Below the pieces are notes generated by a model, which was given only the letters and a program-made list of their open reading frames with translations, had not been told where the DNA came from and ran no database searches. From NCBI GenBank assembly GCA_032718475.1, contig JAUCBJ010006829.1:12688-76687 (forward strand): a DNA stretch of 64,000 nt, written 5' to 3'. The position numbers and the translations under genes were made by a program. Below are positions 13,485 through 25,901 of this stretch, piece after piece; positions within the stretch are counted from its first letter, which is position 1, and each line of letters begins with the position of its first letter. This stretch comes from Nemertoderma westbladi. Taxonomy: Eukaryota; Animalia; Xenacoelomorpha.

Positions 13485-16400
13485 TCAGTACGGTATATCA
13501 GTACGGTATTTTAGTACAGTATTACAGTACGGTATTTTAGTACTGTATTTTAGTACGGTATTTCAGTACGTTATTTCAGTACATTATTTTAGTACAGTAT
13601 TTCAGTATGGTATTTTAGTACTGTATTTTAGTACGATATTTTAGTACAGTATTTCAGTACAGTATTTCAGTATGGTATTTCAGTACGGTATTTCAGTACG
13701 GTATTTTAGTACAGTATTACAGTACGTTATTTCAGTACGGTATTTCAGTACAGTATTTCAGTATGGTATTTCAGTACGTTATTTCAGTACATTATTTTAG
13801 TACAGTATTTCAGTATGGTATTTTAGTACTGTATTTTAGTACGATATTTTAGTACAGTATTTCAGTACAGTATTTCAGTATGGTATTTCAGTACGGTATT
13901 TCAGTACGGTATTTTAGTACAGTATTACAGTACGTTATTTCAGTACGGTATTTCAGTACAGTATTTCAGTATGGTATTTCAGTACCGGATCTTACTTAGA
14001 ATGTTTCAGTTAGAGTATTTCAGTATGGTATTTCAGTACGGTATATTTTAGTACGGTATATTTTAGTACAGTATTTCAGTATGGTATTTTAGTACTGTAT
14101 TTTAGTACGGTATTTCAGTATGGTATTTCAGTACGGTATATTTTAGTACGGTATATTTTAGTACTGTATTTCAGTATGGTATTTCAGTATGGTATTTCAG
14201 TACGGTATTTTAGTACAGTATTTCAGTATGGTATTTTAGTACTGTATTTTAGTACGGTATTTCAGTACGGTATTTTAGTACGGTATTTCAGTATGGTATT
14301 TCAGTACCGTATTTTACTACTGTATTTTAGTACGGTATTTCTGTACGTTATTTCAGTACGGTATTTTACTACTGTATTTTAGTACAGTATTTCAGTACAG
14401 TATTTTAGTACAGTATTTCAGTACAGTATTTCAGTATGGTATTTCAGTACGGTATATTTTAGTACTGTATTTCAGTATGGTATTTCAGTATGGTATTTCA
14501 GTACGGTATTTTAGTACAGTATTTCAGTACAGTATTTCAGTATGGTATTTCAGTACGGTATATTTTAGTACTGTATTTCAGTATGGTATTTCAGTATGGT
14601 ATTTCAGTACGGTATTTTAGTACAGTATTTCAGTATGGTATTTTAGTACTGTATTTTAGTACGGTATTTCAGTATGGTATTTCAGTACGGTATTTTAGTA
14701 CGGTATTTCTGTACGTTATTTCAGTACGGTATTTTACTACTGTATTTTAGTACAGTATTTCAGTACAGTATTTTAGTACAGTATTTCAGTACAGTATTTC
14801 AGTATGGTATTTCAGTACGGTATATTTTAGTACTGTATTTCAGTATGGTATTTCAGTATGGTATTTCAGTACGGTATTTTAGTACAGTATTTCAGTACAG
14901 TATTTCAGTATGGTATTTCAGTACGGTATATTTTAGTACTGTATTTCAGTATGGTATTTCAGTATGGTATTTCAGTACGGTATTTTAGTACAGTATTTCA
15001 GTATGGTATTTTAGTACTGTATTTTAGTACGGTATTTCAGTATGGTATTTCAGTACGGTATTTTAGTACGGTATTTCAGTATGGTATTTCAGTACCGTAT
15101 TTTACTTAGAATGTTTCAGTTAGAGTATTTCAGTATGGTATTTTAGTATGGTATTTCAGTACGGTATATTTTAGTACGGTATATTTTAGTACAGTATTTC
15201 AGTATGGTATTTCAGTACCGGATTTTACTTAGAATGTTTCAGTTAGAGTATTTCAGTATGGTATTTCAGTATGGTATTTCAGTACGGTATATTTTAGTAC
15301 GGTATATTTTAGTACAGTATTTCAGTATGGTATTTTAGTACTGTATTTTAGTACGGTATTTCAGTATGGTATTTCAGTGAGGGTATTTTAGTACAGTATT
15401 TCAGTACAGTATTTCAGCATGGTATTTCAGTACGGTATATTTTAGTACGGTATATTTTAGTACAGTATTTCAGTACAGTATTTCAGTATGGTATTTCAGT
15501 ACCGGATTTTACTTAGAATGTTTCAGTTAGAGTATTTCAGTATGGTATTTCAGTATGGTATTTCAGTATGGTATTTTAGTACTGTATTTTAGTACGGTAT
15601 TTCAGTATGGTATTTCAGTGAGGGTATTTTAGTACAGTATTTCAGTACAGTATTTCAGTATGGTATTTCAGTACGGTATATTTTAGTACGGTATATTTTA
15701 GTACAGTATTTCAGTATGGTATTTTAGTTCTGTATTTTAGTACGGTATTTCAGTATGGTATTTCAGTACGGTATTTTAGTACAGTATTTCAGTACAGTAT
15801 TTCAGTATGGTATTTCAGTACGGTATTTTAGTACAGTATTTCAGTATGTATTTTAGTACGGTATTTCAGTATGGTATTTCAGTACGGTATTTTAGTACGG
15901 TATTTCAGTATGGTATTTCAGTACCGGATTTTACTTAGAATGTTTCAGTTAGAGTATTTCAGTATGGTATTTCAGTATGGTATTTCAGTATGGTATTTCA
16001 GTATGGTATTTCAGTATGGTATTTCAGTATGGTATTTCAGTACGGTATATTTTAGTACTGTATTTCAGTATGGTATTTCAGTACGGTATATTTTAGTACT
16101 GTATTTCAGTATGGTATTTTAGTACTGTATTTTAGTACGGTATTTCAGTATGGTATTTCAGTATGGTATTTCAGTACGGTATATTTTAGTACTGTATTTC
16201 AGTAGGGTATTTCAGTACGGTATTTCAGTATGGTATTTCAGTATGGTATTTCAGTACGGTATATTTTAGTACTGTATTTCAGTATGGTATTTTAGTACTG
16301 TATTTTAGTACAGTATTTCAGTATAGTATTTTAGTACTGTATTTTAGTACAGTATTTCAGTATGGTATTTTAGTACTGTATTTTAGTACGGTATTTCAGT

Positions 16401-17594
16401 ATGGTATTTCAGTATGGTATTTCAGTACGGTATATTTTAGTACTCTATTTCAGTAGGGTATTTCTGTACGTTATTTCAGTACGGTATTTTTAGTACAGTA
16501 TTTCAGTATGGTATTTTAGTACTGTATTTTAGTACGGTATTTCAGTATGGTATTTCAGTATGGTATTTCAGTACGGTATATTTTAGTACTGTATTTCAGT
16601 ATGGTATTTCAGTATGGTATTTCAGTATGGTATTTTAGTACAGTACTTCAGTATGGTATTTTAGTATGGTATTTCAGTACGTTATTTCAGTACATTATTT
16701 TAGTACAGTATTTCAGTATGGTATTTCAGTATGGTATTTCAGTACCGGATTTTACTTAGAATGTTTCAGTTAGAGTATTTCAGTATGGTATTTCAGTACG
16801 GTATTTCAGTATGGTATTTCAGTATGGTATTTCAGTACGGTATATTTTAGTACTGTATTTCAGTATGGTATTTTAGTACTGTATTTTAGTACGGTATTTC
16901 AGTATGGTATTTCAGTATGGTATTTCAGTACGGTATATTTTAGTACTGTATTTCAGTATGGTATTTTAGTACTGTATTTTAGTACAGTATTTCAGTATGG
17001 TATTTTAGTACTGTATTTAGTACAGTATTTCAGTATGGTATTTTAGTACTGTATTTTAGTACGGTATTTCAGTATGGTGTTTCAGTATGGTATTTCAGTA
17101 CGGTATATTTTAGTACTCTATTTCAGTAGGGTATTTCTGTACGTTATTTCAGTACGGTATTTTAGTACAGTATTTCAGTATGGTATTTTAGTACTGTATT
17201 TTAGTACGGTATTTCAGTATGGTATTTCAGTATGGTATTTCAGTACGGTATATTTTAGTACTGTATTTCAGTATGGTATTTCAGTATGGTATTTCAGTAT
17301 GGTATTTTAGTACAGTACTTCAGTATGGTATTTTAGTATGGTATTTCAGTACGTTATTTCAGTACATTATTTTAGTACAGTATTTCAGTATAGTATTTCA
17401 GTATGGTATTTCAGTACGGAATTATAATTAGAGTGTTTCAGTTAGAGTATTTCAGTATGGTATTTCAGTAGGCTATTTCTGTACGTTATTTCAGTACGGT
17501 ATTTTACTACTGTATTTTAGTACAGTATTTCAGTACAGTATTTTAGTACAGTATTTTAGTACGGTATTTCAGTATGGTATTTCAGTACGGTATA

Positions 17595-18527
17595 TTTTTT
17601 GTTTGTTTAACTCTTTAAGTCTCATTTATTCACATAGATAATAAAACGTTAATGCTAAACAATACCCACCACCAGCCGACGTTACTAGGCAACCAATGTA
17701 GGAGGGAAATTTAAAATGAAATCCTTTGCCCGCCCCCAACACAGAAACAGTCTCTACGGTGTATGAGTATGGAGCATACTACTGTATTTACCCCACCCTA
17801 CCGAACTGCGCCAACACCCAGGGTCTGAGTCCGCGTTAGCCAACCGGATCGATGAGTCGGTGACTGCCTCCCGCACCGGTCGCCTAGCAGCTGAACGGTA
17901 CCCGCGTAAACACATTAAGGACGACATGAGGAGGGAGAAACTGATTCTCCGACGTACCCATGAGACGCACTCCGGATAGGGAACCTGCCGTTTGTCGGAC
18001 AACTTCACCGCCAGTCGTTTGACAAACTGATGGGCAGCTGGTGCCATTCCGCCGAAAGGTGAGAAAATTAAGGGAGTGAAGGTGGAGTGTTCCACCTCGC
18101 GTAATCTCACCTCGTATTTCCGGCACTTCCTCGCCTCGTGGTTGAGATGGGCGGCGTCAATCGACATCACCGCGTTGGTGTCTGCCAGCGGGTTGAACAC
18201 CGACACATCGATAAACATTTTCTGGTAGCAATTGCCCCAGAATCCGCTCACTGACACGTCGAGCCGCGCCAGCTGGTCCGTCGAGGTGCAGCGGAGGGAG
18301 AAGGACTCCCCCGTTAGTGGCTGGAGCATCGGTTCGACTGCCACATTGTGGGCCACCTCGGTTAGGGTGTCGGCGACGAAATCGCGGATCTCGTTGTGTC
18401 TGATGGAGGGGAAACCTCCAGTGGGACACGACAGAACGTGGGTTGTAGAAAATCGGGACCCACAAACACAATGAGATGGTAGGTACTTCGGCGACCAACC
18501 GTAGCGGAGACAAACAGCATCCCAAAA
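17595..18527 (-). mobile_element. 5'-truncated CRE-like non-LTR retrotransposon, copy 3, at the right edge of the satellite
   Basis: DAVCLRYGW...CVCG...RHNEIRD...RLDVSVSGFW...KY within ORF 17754-18632; degenerate T-tail joined to satellite GGTATATTTT; homology ends near 18527, no TSD seen. Confidence 0.8.
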
Positions 18528-19049
18528 GCGCATACAAAAAACCTTTGGGGCTTGATATCTCGGAATGAGGTTTTTGGAGTTACGTGCCTTTACCTTTTGA
18601 GGGCAGATTTTATTGCGTTGTTTAAATCTCATAGTATGAAAGGGACTGCGATAACATGTCTTCCATGTTTGTAATTGTTGAAATTAAGTTTGTAGAATGT
18701 ATTGTTTGTGCGAAATACTAAACGAATGTTGACTGAATCCAATTCCCAGAACATAATAATTATCAATATGAGACATGTGACGAACATGAACATGAACGAA
18801 CAACAGGGATTTCTATTCTGTATGAAACTCGCTGGTTACAGTTGTGTGTGCCGGCCTCGATCCTAATCCGAATCGACTGTCATGTAACCCTAATCCTAAG
18901 TCATAATCTAAGAAATTTAGAGGAATTTCTGACATTATTGCCATCTAGGCCCGAAGGGCCGTTAAATAAATTACAGTTATAATTATGTTTAAGGCCTGAC
19001 TAAGTAACCCTACCAAAAGAAAAAACGAATTAAATAACCGCCTTGTTTG

Positions 19050-19267
19050 TATTGTACACTTTGACTCGTTTTGTACCCTTTGACCGCCTGGTTTTTGTAC
19101 ACTTTGACTCGTTTTGTACCTTTGACCGCCTGGTTTTTGTACCCTTTGTCTTGTTGTACCCTTTGACCGCCTGGTTTGTAGCCTTTGTCTCGTTGTACGC
19201 TTTCCTGTTGTACCTTTGACTCGTTTTGTTCCCTTTGACTCGCTATACCCATTTACCTTTGTACCCA
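19050..19267. repeat. Degenerate short tandem repeat (TTTGTACCCTTTGAC core)
   Basis: Alternating TTTGACTCGTTTTGTAC / TTTGACCGCCTGGTTTTTGTAC units. Confidence 0.8.
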
Positions 19268-20187
19268 TTGACTAGTGTAAGGTGCCATACTCGCAAAATG
19301 ATTGCCTGAGTATTTAATCGTGATTCTTTAGAATAATAATTGCTAATTTATTTCGTTGAGGTGTTGACATGATAAATTAATATTTCAGTATCTATAATAT
19401 CGGCATAAGGTAAGTTTTAATATTTTTTGCAAATTGGATCGCCTCTATGCCTAAAACTCAAAATTTTATTTCCAGTTGCCGTTACACACACAAATCCTCT
19501 GTGCGCCTTTGGGTTGGGGTGGTGCAGATTAAGAGGGGGTTGAAGGGGGGAACAGTAGTCAGCCAGCAACACCCCAACACACTAATAATAGCTGCAGGAA
19601 CCAGCTCCAATGATAATAGTGATTTTATTAATCGGTTCTATGGAGAAAAGTCACGCTCCTCCCCATCCTGATTGATCTGTCTACTATTGGAATTACTCAT
19701 CTGTAAATTTGATAACCAATATGATATTAACTACATCTATACCATTAAATTGTGTATTGTGATGTGTGACTGGGACATTGACTGTTGTGATATTTCGAAT
19801 TTCAACCACAGTATTGTGGAATTACTGTAGCAATGGGTTCAGGGCGTGGCCTAAGATAAAAGTTTACGATATTGTCGTAAACAGTAAATGTAATAAATTT
19901 AATGCGTTCTAAATGAAAAAATTTTCCCCCGAAATATAACTTCGATCTTATATCCTTCTTTGCTGACTAGAATAACCCCATTTCCTTTACTAAACGAAAT
20001 ATTCCAAATTTTCTCTTATCTCTTCCCAGTGCCCAGTAGTGCAGCTAATTACTTGTTAGAAGTAAGTTCGTTGAGTAAGTTGATAGTTGGAACAGATCTT
20101 GTGGAAGCTGCAACACAATCTTTAGAAAGTAAAGACTTTTATTCCAAGCGGACAATAGTTTGTCAGCTTTTCATTTATTTTAAATGT

Positions 20188-22677
20188 CTTCTGTTGAAAG
20201 GCCAATATAAAAGTTGAAAGGCTTTCTTATCCCAGATGTGATTGGCTAACTCATTCTGTTGAAAGGCCAATATAAAAGTTGAAAGGCTTTCTTATCCCAG
20301 ATGTGATTGGCTAACTCATTCTGTTGAAAGGCCAATATAAAAGTTGAAAGGCTTTCTTATCCCAGATGTGATTGGCTAACTCCTTCTGTTGAAAGGCCAA
20401 TATAAAAGTTGAAAGGCTTTCTTATAGCAGAGATATGATTGGCTAACTCCTTCTTTTGAAATGTCAATATAAAAGTTGAAAGGCTTTCTTATCCCAGATA
20501 TGATTGGCTAACTCCTTATCTTGAAAGGCCAATATAAAAGTTGAAAGGCTTTCTTATCCCAGATGTGATTTGCTAATTCCTTCTGTTGAAAAGCCAATAT
20601 AAAAGTTGAAAGGCTTTCTTATCCCAGATATGATTGGCTAACTCCTTCTGTTGAAAGGTCAATATAAAAGTTGAAAGGCTTTCTTATCCCAGATATGATT
20701 GGCTAACTCCTTCTGTTGAAAGGCCACTATAAAAGTTGAAAGGCTTTCTTATCCCAGATATGATTGGCTAACTCCTTCTGTTGAAAGGCCAATATAAAAG
20801 TTGAAAGGCTTTCTCATCCCAGATATTATTGGCTAACTCCTTCTGTTGAAAGGCCAATATAAAAGTTGAAAGGCTTTCTTATCCCAGATATGATTGGCTA
20901 ACTCCTTCTGTTGAAAGGCCAATATAAAAGTTGAAAGGCTTTCTTATAGCAGAGATATGATTGGCTAACTCCTTCTTTTGAAATGTCAATATAAAAGTTG
21001 AAAGGCTTTCTTATCCCAGATATGATTGGCTAACTCCTTCTGCTGAAAGACCAATATAAAATTTGAAAGGCTTTCTCATCCCAGATATTATTGGCTAACT
21101 CCTTCTGTTGAAAGGCCAATCCAATATAAAAGTTGAAAGGCTTTCGTATCCCAGATATGATTGGCTAACTCCTTCTGTTGAAAGGCCAATATAAAAGTTG
21201 AAAGGCTTTCTTATCCCAGATATGATTGGCTACCTAATTCTGTTGAAAGGCCAATATAAAAGTTGAAAGGCTTTCTTATCCCAGATATGATTGGCTAACT
21301 CCTTCTGTTGAAAGGCCAATATAAAAGTTGAAAGGCTTTCTTATCCCAGATATGATTGGCTACCTAATTCTGTTGAAAGGCCAATATAAAAGTTGAAAGG
21401 CTTTCTTATCCCAGATATGATTGGCTAACTCCTTCTGTTGAAAGGCCAATATAAAAGTTGAAAGGCTTTCTTATCCCAGATATGATTGGCTAACTCATTC
21501 TGTTAAAAGGTCAATATAAAAGTTGAAAGGCTTTCTTATCCAGATGTGATTTGCTAACTCCTTCTGTTGAAAGGCCAATATAAAAGTTGAAAGGCTTTCT
21601 TATCCCAGATATGATTGGCTAACTCCTTATCTTGAAAGGCCAATATAAAAGTTGAAAGGCTTTCTTATCCAGATGTGATTTGCTAACTCCTTCTGTTGAA
21701 AGGCCAATATAAAAGTTGAAAGGCTTTCTTATCCCAGATATGATTGGCTAACTCCTTATCTTGAAAGGCCAATATAAAAGTTGAAAGGCTTTCTTATCCC
21801 AGATATGATTGGCTAACTCATTCTGTTGAAAGGTCAATATAAAAGTTGAAAGGCTTTCTTATCCAGATGTGATTTGCTAACTCCTTCTGTTGAAAGGCCA
21901 ATATAAAAGTTGAAAGGCTTTCTTATCCAGATGTGATTTGCTATCTCCTTCTGTTGAAAGGCCAATAAAAGTTGAAAGGCTTTCTTATCCCAGATATGAT
22001 TGGCTAACTCCTTATCTTGAAAGGCCAATATAAAAGTTGAAAGGCTTTCTTATCCCAGATATGATTGGCTAACTCCTTCTGTTGAAAGGCCAATATAAAA
22101 GTTGAAAGGCTTTCTTATCCCAGATATGATTGGCTAACTCCTTCTGTTGAAAGGCCAATATAAAAGTTGAAAGGCTTTCTTATCCCAGATAAGATTGGCT
22201 AACTCCTTCTGTTGAATGGCCAATATAAAAGTTGAAAGGCTTTCTTATCCCAGATAAGATTGGCTAACTCCTTCTGTTGAAAGGCCAATATAAAAGTTGA
22301 AAGGCTTTCTCATCCCAGACATTATTGGCTAACTCCTTCTGTTGAAAGGCCAATATAAAAGTTGAAAGGCTTTCTTATCCCAGATATGATTGGCTAACTC
22401 CTTCTGTTGAAAGGCCAATATAAAAGTTGAAAGGCTTTCTTATCCCAGATAAGATTGGCTAACTCCTTCTGTTGAAAGGCCAATATAAAAGTTGAAAGGC
22501 TTTCTCATCCCAGACATTACTGGCTAACTCCTTCTGTTGAAAGGCCAATATAAAAGTTGAAAGGCTTTCTTATCCCAGATATGATTGGCTAACTCCTTCT
22601 GTTGAAAGGCCAATATAAAAGTTGAAAGGCTTTCTTATCCCAGATATGATTGGCTAACTCCTTCTGTTGAAAGGCCA
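20188..22677. repeat. 65-bp tandem repeat, about 38 copies, inside a GPCR intron
   Basis: Unit TTCTGTTGAAAGGCCAATATAAAAGTTGAAAGGCTTTCTTATCCCAGATATGATTGGCTAACTCC; period of 65 verified at 20221/20286. Confidence 0.97.
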
Positions 22678-23154
22678 TATCATTCAGCTGGGGTCATAGT
22701 ACTTTATCATCCTACTTACCGGTAGATATTTCGTTTTACTGTTGCGCGTTTAACTCTTTGAGCTAACGAAACGGCAATAAATATATATTAACATTCGCTT
22801 ACTCTTACCTACCTCTTTTTACTTTATTACCTATCATCTTATTGGTGTAATGTGTTTTTGTCACAATCGTGATAGAAAGACTTTGTAGTGAAATAGTGAG
22901 CGAAAGTAATAATTGTGAGTGAGAGCATTACATTTTTCATTGTTTTTTTTTCAGATTAATTTTTTTTAGTTTGTTCTTTCAACCTGAAAATGGTACGATT
23001 TCCTTTGTGAAGACATCCTGAGAAAGCCACCTCATTTCCGTATAATCATCCGCTGCAATGTATGTAACTAAAGTCAGTAGTAGTTTAAAATATTAATTTA
23101 TTAATCATTAATATTTATAATTAATTATAAATAATATAAATATAGTTGACATAC

Positions 23155-23349
23155 CCACGCCTCGCATTTTTTTCCCTTGCATCCATATCTTCAATGCTAT
23201 CATTACACAAAATATCGAGGCAACGACGCCAAAAACCGCAGTTGGAACGAGGAAAAGGTACGTCCACGAGGGTTCACCAACGGTTACACCATCGAAACAA
23301 ATTGCAGCAATAGTCGGCACATGTGGCCTAATGTAGGCTAAACTCAATC
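23155..23349 (-). CDS. GPCR internal exon (ECL2-TM5-ICL3)
   Basis: Acceptor tttttatAG (23351-23350), donor GTATGT (23154); 195 bp, phase 1-1; LSLAYIRPHVPTIAAICFDG...WTYLFLVPTAVFGVVASIFCVMIALKIWMQGKKMRGV joins in frame (G+GA=Gly) to the 9987 exon. Confidence 0.85.
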
Positions 23350-23572
23350 CTATAAAAATAATTTTATTAATAGATTGAAATAAACCATTATATTGCATGA
23401 GTATAATATTATTTGTTAAGCATTCAATTTGTTGTTGTTATTATGTCACACCAAATCGTTTCTCGTTTCCCTGTCACGTTTAGCAGATAGGTTTTATCAT
23501 CAGAAGATCCAATAAGAGGAAACACAAAAATGGGATACTAAAATTATCGCGCTCTCGTCACCGTGGTAATCA

Positions 23573-24358
23573 TATTGATACAGTTCGGAGGGCGGGTTGA
23601 CCTCAGGTGACTAGTGAAATGAATATTGTTATATTATTGAATATGGTTATTACACGTTTTCTCCCAACAGGGCTTCTTCAGGTAATTATGGAATTATTAT
23701 GTAGGAACAGAGAAACTGCACTAAAACTAATACAGGACTATGTAAGGTCTACTAACTCAGTACAGCTGTGTACCGGTACAGAGTTGGACTAACTACTTTC
23801 TGACTGCTAATCTACTGTATTACTAAGCTAATAAAAAGCATTGCACCTACTGTAGATTGAATTGTTAAAGGCGTGTGGTTTCAAATTGCGGAAAATACAT
23901 TAGTTAGCAATAGTACATAAAACAATATAGAACACCCAAAAAAAAATATACAGAAGATTACAATTGAATAGTGCACCAAAATAATAAAAAAAAATAATAC
24001 AAAATTTTGGGTGTACTATATTTTTTTGTGTACTATTATTGCTAACCAATGTATTTTCCGCAATTTGAAACCACACGCCTTTAACAATTAAATCTAGGTA
24101 CAATGCTCTTTTTAGCTTAGTAATACAGTAGATTAGCAGTCAGAATGTAGTTAGTCCAGCTCTGTACCGGTAGACAGCTGTACTGAGTTAGTAGACCTTA
24201 AATAGTCCTGTCTTAGTTTTAGTGTAGTTTCTCTGTTCATACGTAATAATTCCATAATTACCTGAAGAAGCCCTGTTGGGAGAAAGCGTGTTATAACTGT
24301 TGTTATTAATTTCATTAGTCACCTGAGGTCAACTCGCCCTACCCGAACTGTATCAATA
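23573..24358. mobile_element. Foldback/MITE: near-palindromic element with ~370-bp arms
   Basis: TATTGATACAGTTCGG... / ...CCGAACTGTATCAATA; arms align to ~23940 and ~24005; TA|CAGT near the ends resembles Tc1/mariner termini. Confidence 0.85.
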
Positions 24359-24482
24359 GATAAGTTTCAAATCTCTTTTGGCTTATTTCAAAATATTGTA
24401 TGTTTATGCTTCTGTCATCGGTTGGTTGTCAGGAAATTTGTTGGTATAATTAATTAATTATCTGATATGATTATCTACTTGC

Positions 24483-24589
24483 CTGCAGCTGGCATCGAAA
24501 TGAAATTAGTTATCAGGAAAAGAATCAAACATTTGTGTAACTTTTGTTGTATTACTGGGTAAACCATAGGCATCATAACTGCTATAAAC
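24483..24589 (-). CDS. GPCR internal exon (end of TM3 DRY-equivalent, ICL2, TM4); not in the ORF track
   Basis: Acceptor ttttttcccgtttAG (24591-24590); 107 bp encoding (R)FIAVMMPMVYPVIQQKLHKCLILFLITNFISMPAA(G); donor AG|GCAAGT (GC at 24482-24481), phase-matched to the 23349 exon. Confidence 0.8.
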
Positions 24590-24669
24590 CTAAACGGGAA
24601 AAAATTATATTAAAATTTAATTTCAATTTCAATTTCACATGTAATTATTAATTAATTAATTAGTTATCA

Positions 24670-25040
24670 CCAGGCGTGGACTAAACTCTTTATCTCCCCT
24701 TACATTTGTCTCAAACGTCCAGAACGCGGTGGACGTAATCAACGCTCACCTTTATGCTTCCCTTTTCAACCACCAATGTGTTCTCCGGATCCAACACCCC
24801 TCGTCTCACTGAAGCAACCCTCAAAGTCACAAAGGAAGTTTCCATCAACTAAAGATTCAGATGAACTCTTGGCATCATCAGTTTCTCAGAAACTTGATGA
24901 TGGAGACGTGAGAGGATCCATCAGGATATCTGCCAGTAGTAGTGCCATTACCCCCTTTAATGATGTATCTCTGGAGAAGTTGATGCCAAAGCGCCCACCA
25001 GCCCCCCCCCCCAGATCGGCGCACTTTCCCATCTCCAGAC
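24670..25040 (+). pseudogene. Degraded fragment of a CRE-like retrotransposon ORF (region N-terminal to RT)
   Basis: AWTKLFISPYICLKRPERGG and VSQKLDDGDVRGSIRISASS...LEKLMPKRP resemble the W..L..F...CL..P.RGG and KL..GD..GA.R...S...L..KHP motifs recalled for this family. Confidence 0.55.
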
Positions 25041-25329
25041 CCCAGTTAGCCCACTCACAGTATCTGTGATGGAATCCTGGTTGGCAAGGGATCCCGACCG
25101 GGTTTACTTATGACGTTTCCTATGCGTCGCAATTGCCGTGTTAGATAATACTGATGTACGAAGGCTCAGTAAATTAAGAGTTCTGATGTCTGATTATCGT
25201 TAAAGTATAATGGGTCAGAATATAGTTATAGGTAAAATGATCACAGCACCATCAGTATTAGTTACGGCTGATGGTGAAAACTGTTTATCGTCTAACATGA
25301 ATAAATGACAACTAAATTATAACACACGT

Positions 25330-25901
25330 GACCATTAATATATATGTAAAGGGGGCAATACATTGCCTGTAGGCTGACATTTTTCTCTGGCCTCCAATCA
25401 ATACACTCACAAAACTGACATATGATGGCCTCCAATCGTGGGACTATCTTCTCTTGGACTAGTCTCCCAATCTGGCCCCATTGGGTTTGATCTCACTACC
25501 CAACCTTGGAAAACCTTTGTTTCGGTATTCCAAGGTATGTGGCGTCTCTATTTAGATGATCGCTTCTTCATCACGCAATTTTAAATTGGGTACCATTATA
25601 TCCGATCCGCCAGGCCCAATTTCTTCACTTCTCACACATCTCATTAGTCCCATAGGACTCATCCCTTATCCGACTTGCTCCCTTACATTTTCTGGATATC
25701 ACACCCTTCACCACTCAACCTCACCCTGTTCTCTCATCCTCACTCTCGTTGGGTTCCTACAGTCTCACATGCGTCATCACACATGACGCGATGACTGCGG
25801 TTATTATGGTCTCGTCCAGTGGTGTTTGTCTGTCATATTGTCACTAAGACCCCCCTCCCACTAGCTCGTTGAGATGGGGTATATCTGACTTTATTCGAAC
25901 C
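25330..25901 (-). pseudogene. Old BEL/Pao relic E, integrase-side piece (related to element B)
   Basis: Across the element A insertion the minus strand reads KQQQV...PHLNE..GVLV, like B's KQQHL...PQLNDDGILV; heavily degraded, left boundary approximate. Confidence 0.45.

Larger units (their letters stand above)
10022..17598. repeat. 13-bp satellite (TTTYAGTAYGGTA-type unit) array of ~7.5 kb including two internal retrotransposon insertions, inside a GPCR intron
   Basis: Period of 13 (CAGTATGGTATTT and variants); gives rise to the spurious VFQYGISVRYFST ORFs. Confidence 0.97.

Noticed and set aside
13490-17431. Many hydrophobic VFQYGISVRYFST ORFs
   Set aside because: Translations of the 13-bp satellite.
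18528-18632. N-terminal extension of the 292-aa ORF
   Set aside because: Non-homologous flank read through by chance beyond the 5' truncation of CRE copy 3.
20188-22677. Possible CRISPR-like array (also 7853-8577)
   Set aside because: Head-to-tail identical units with no unique spacers, no cas genes, eukaryotic context.
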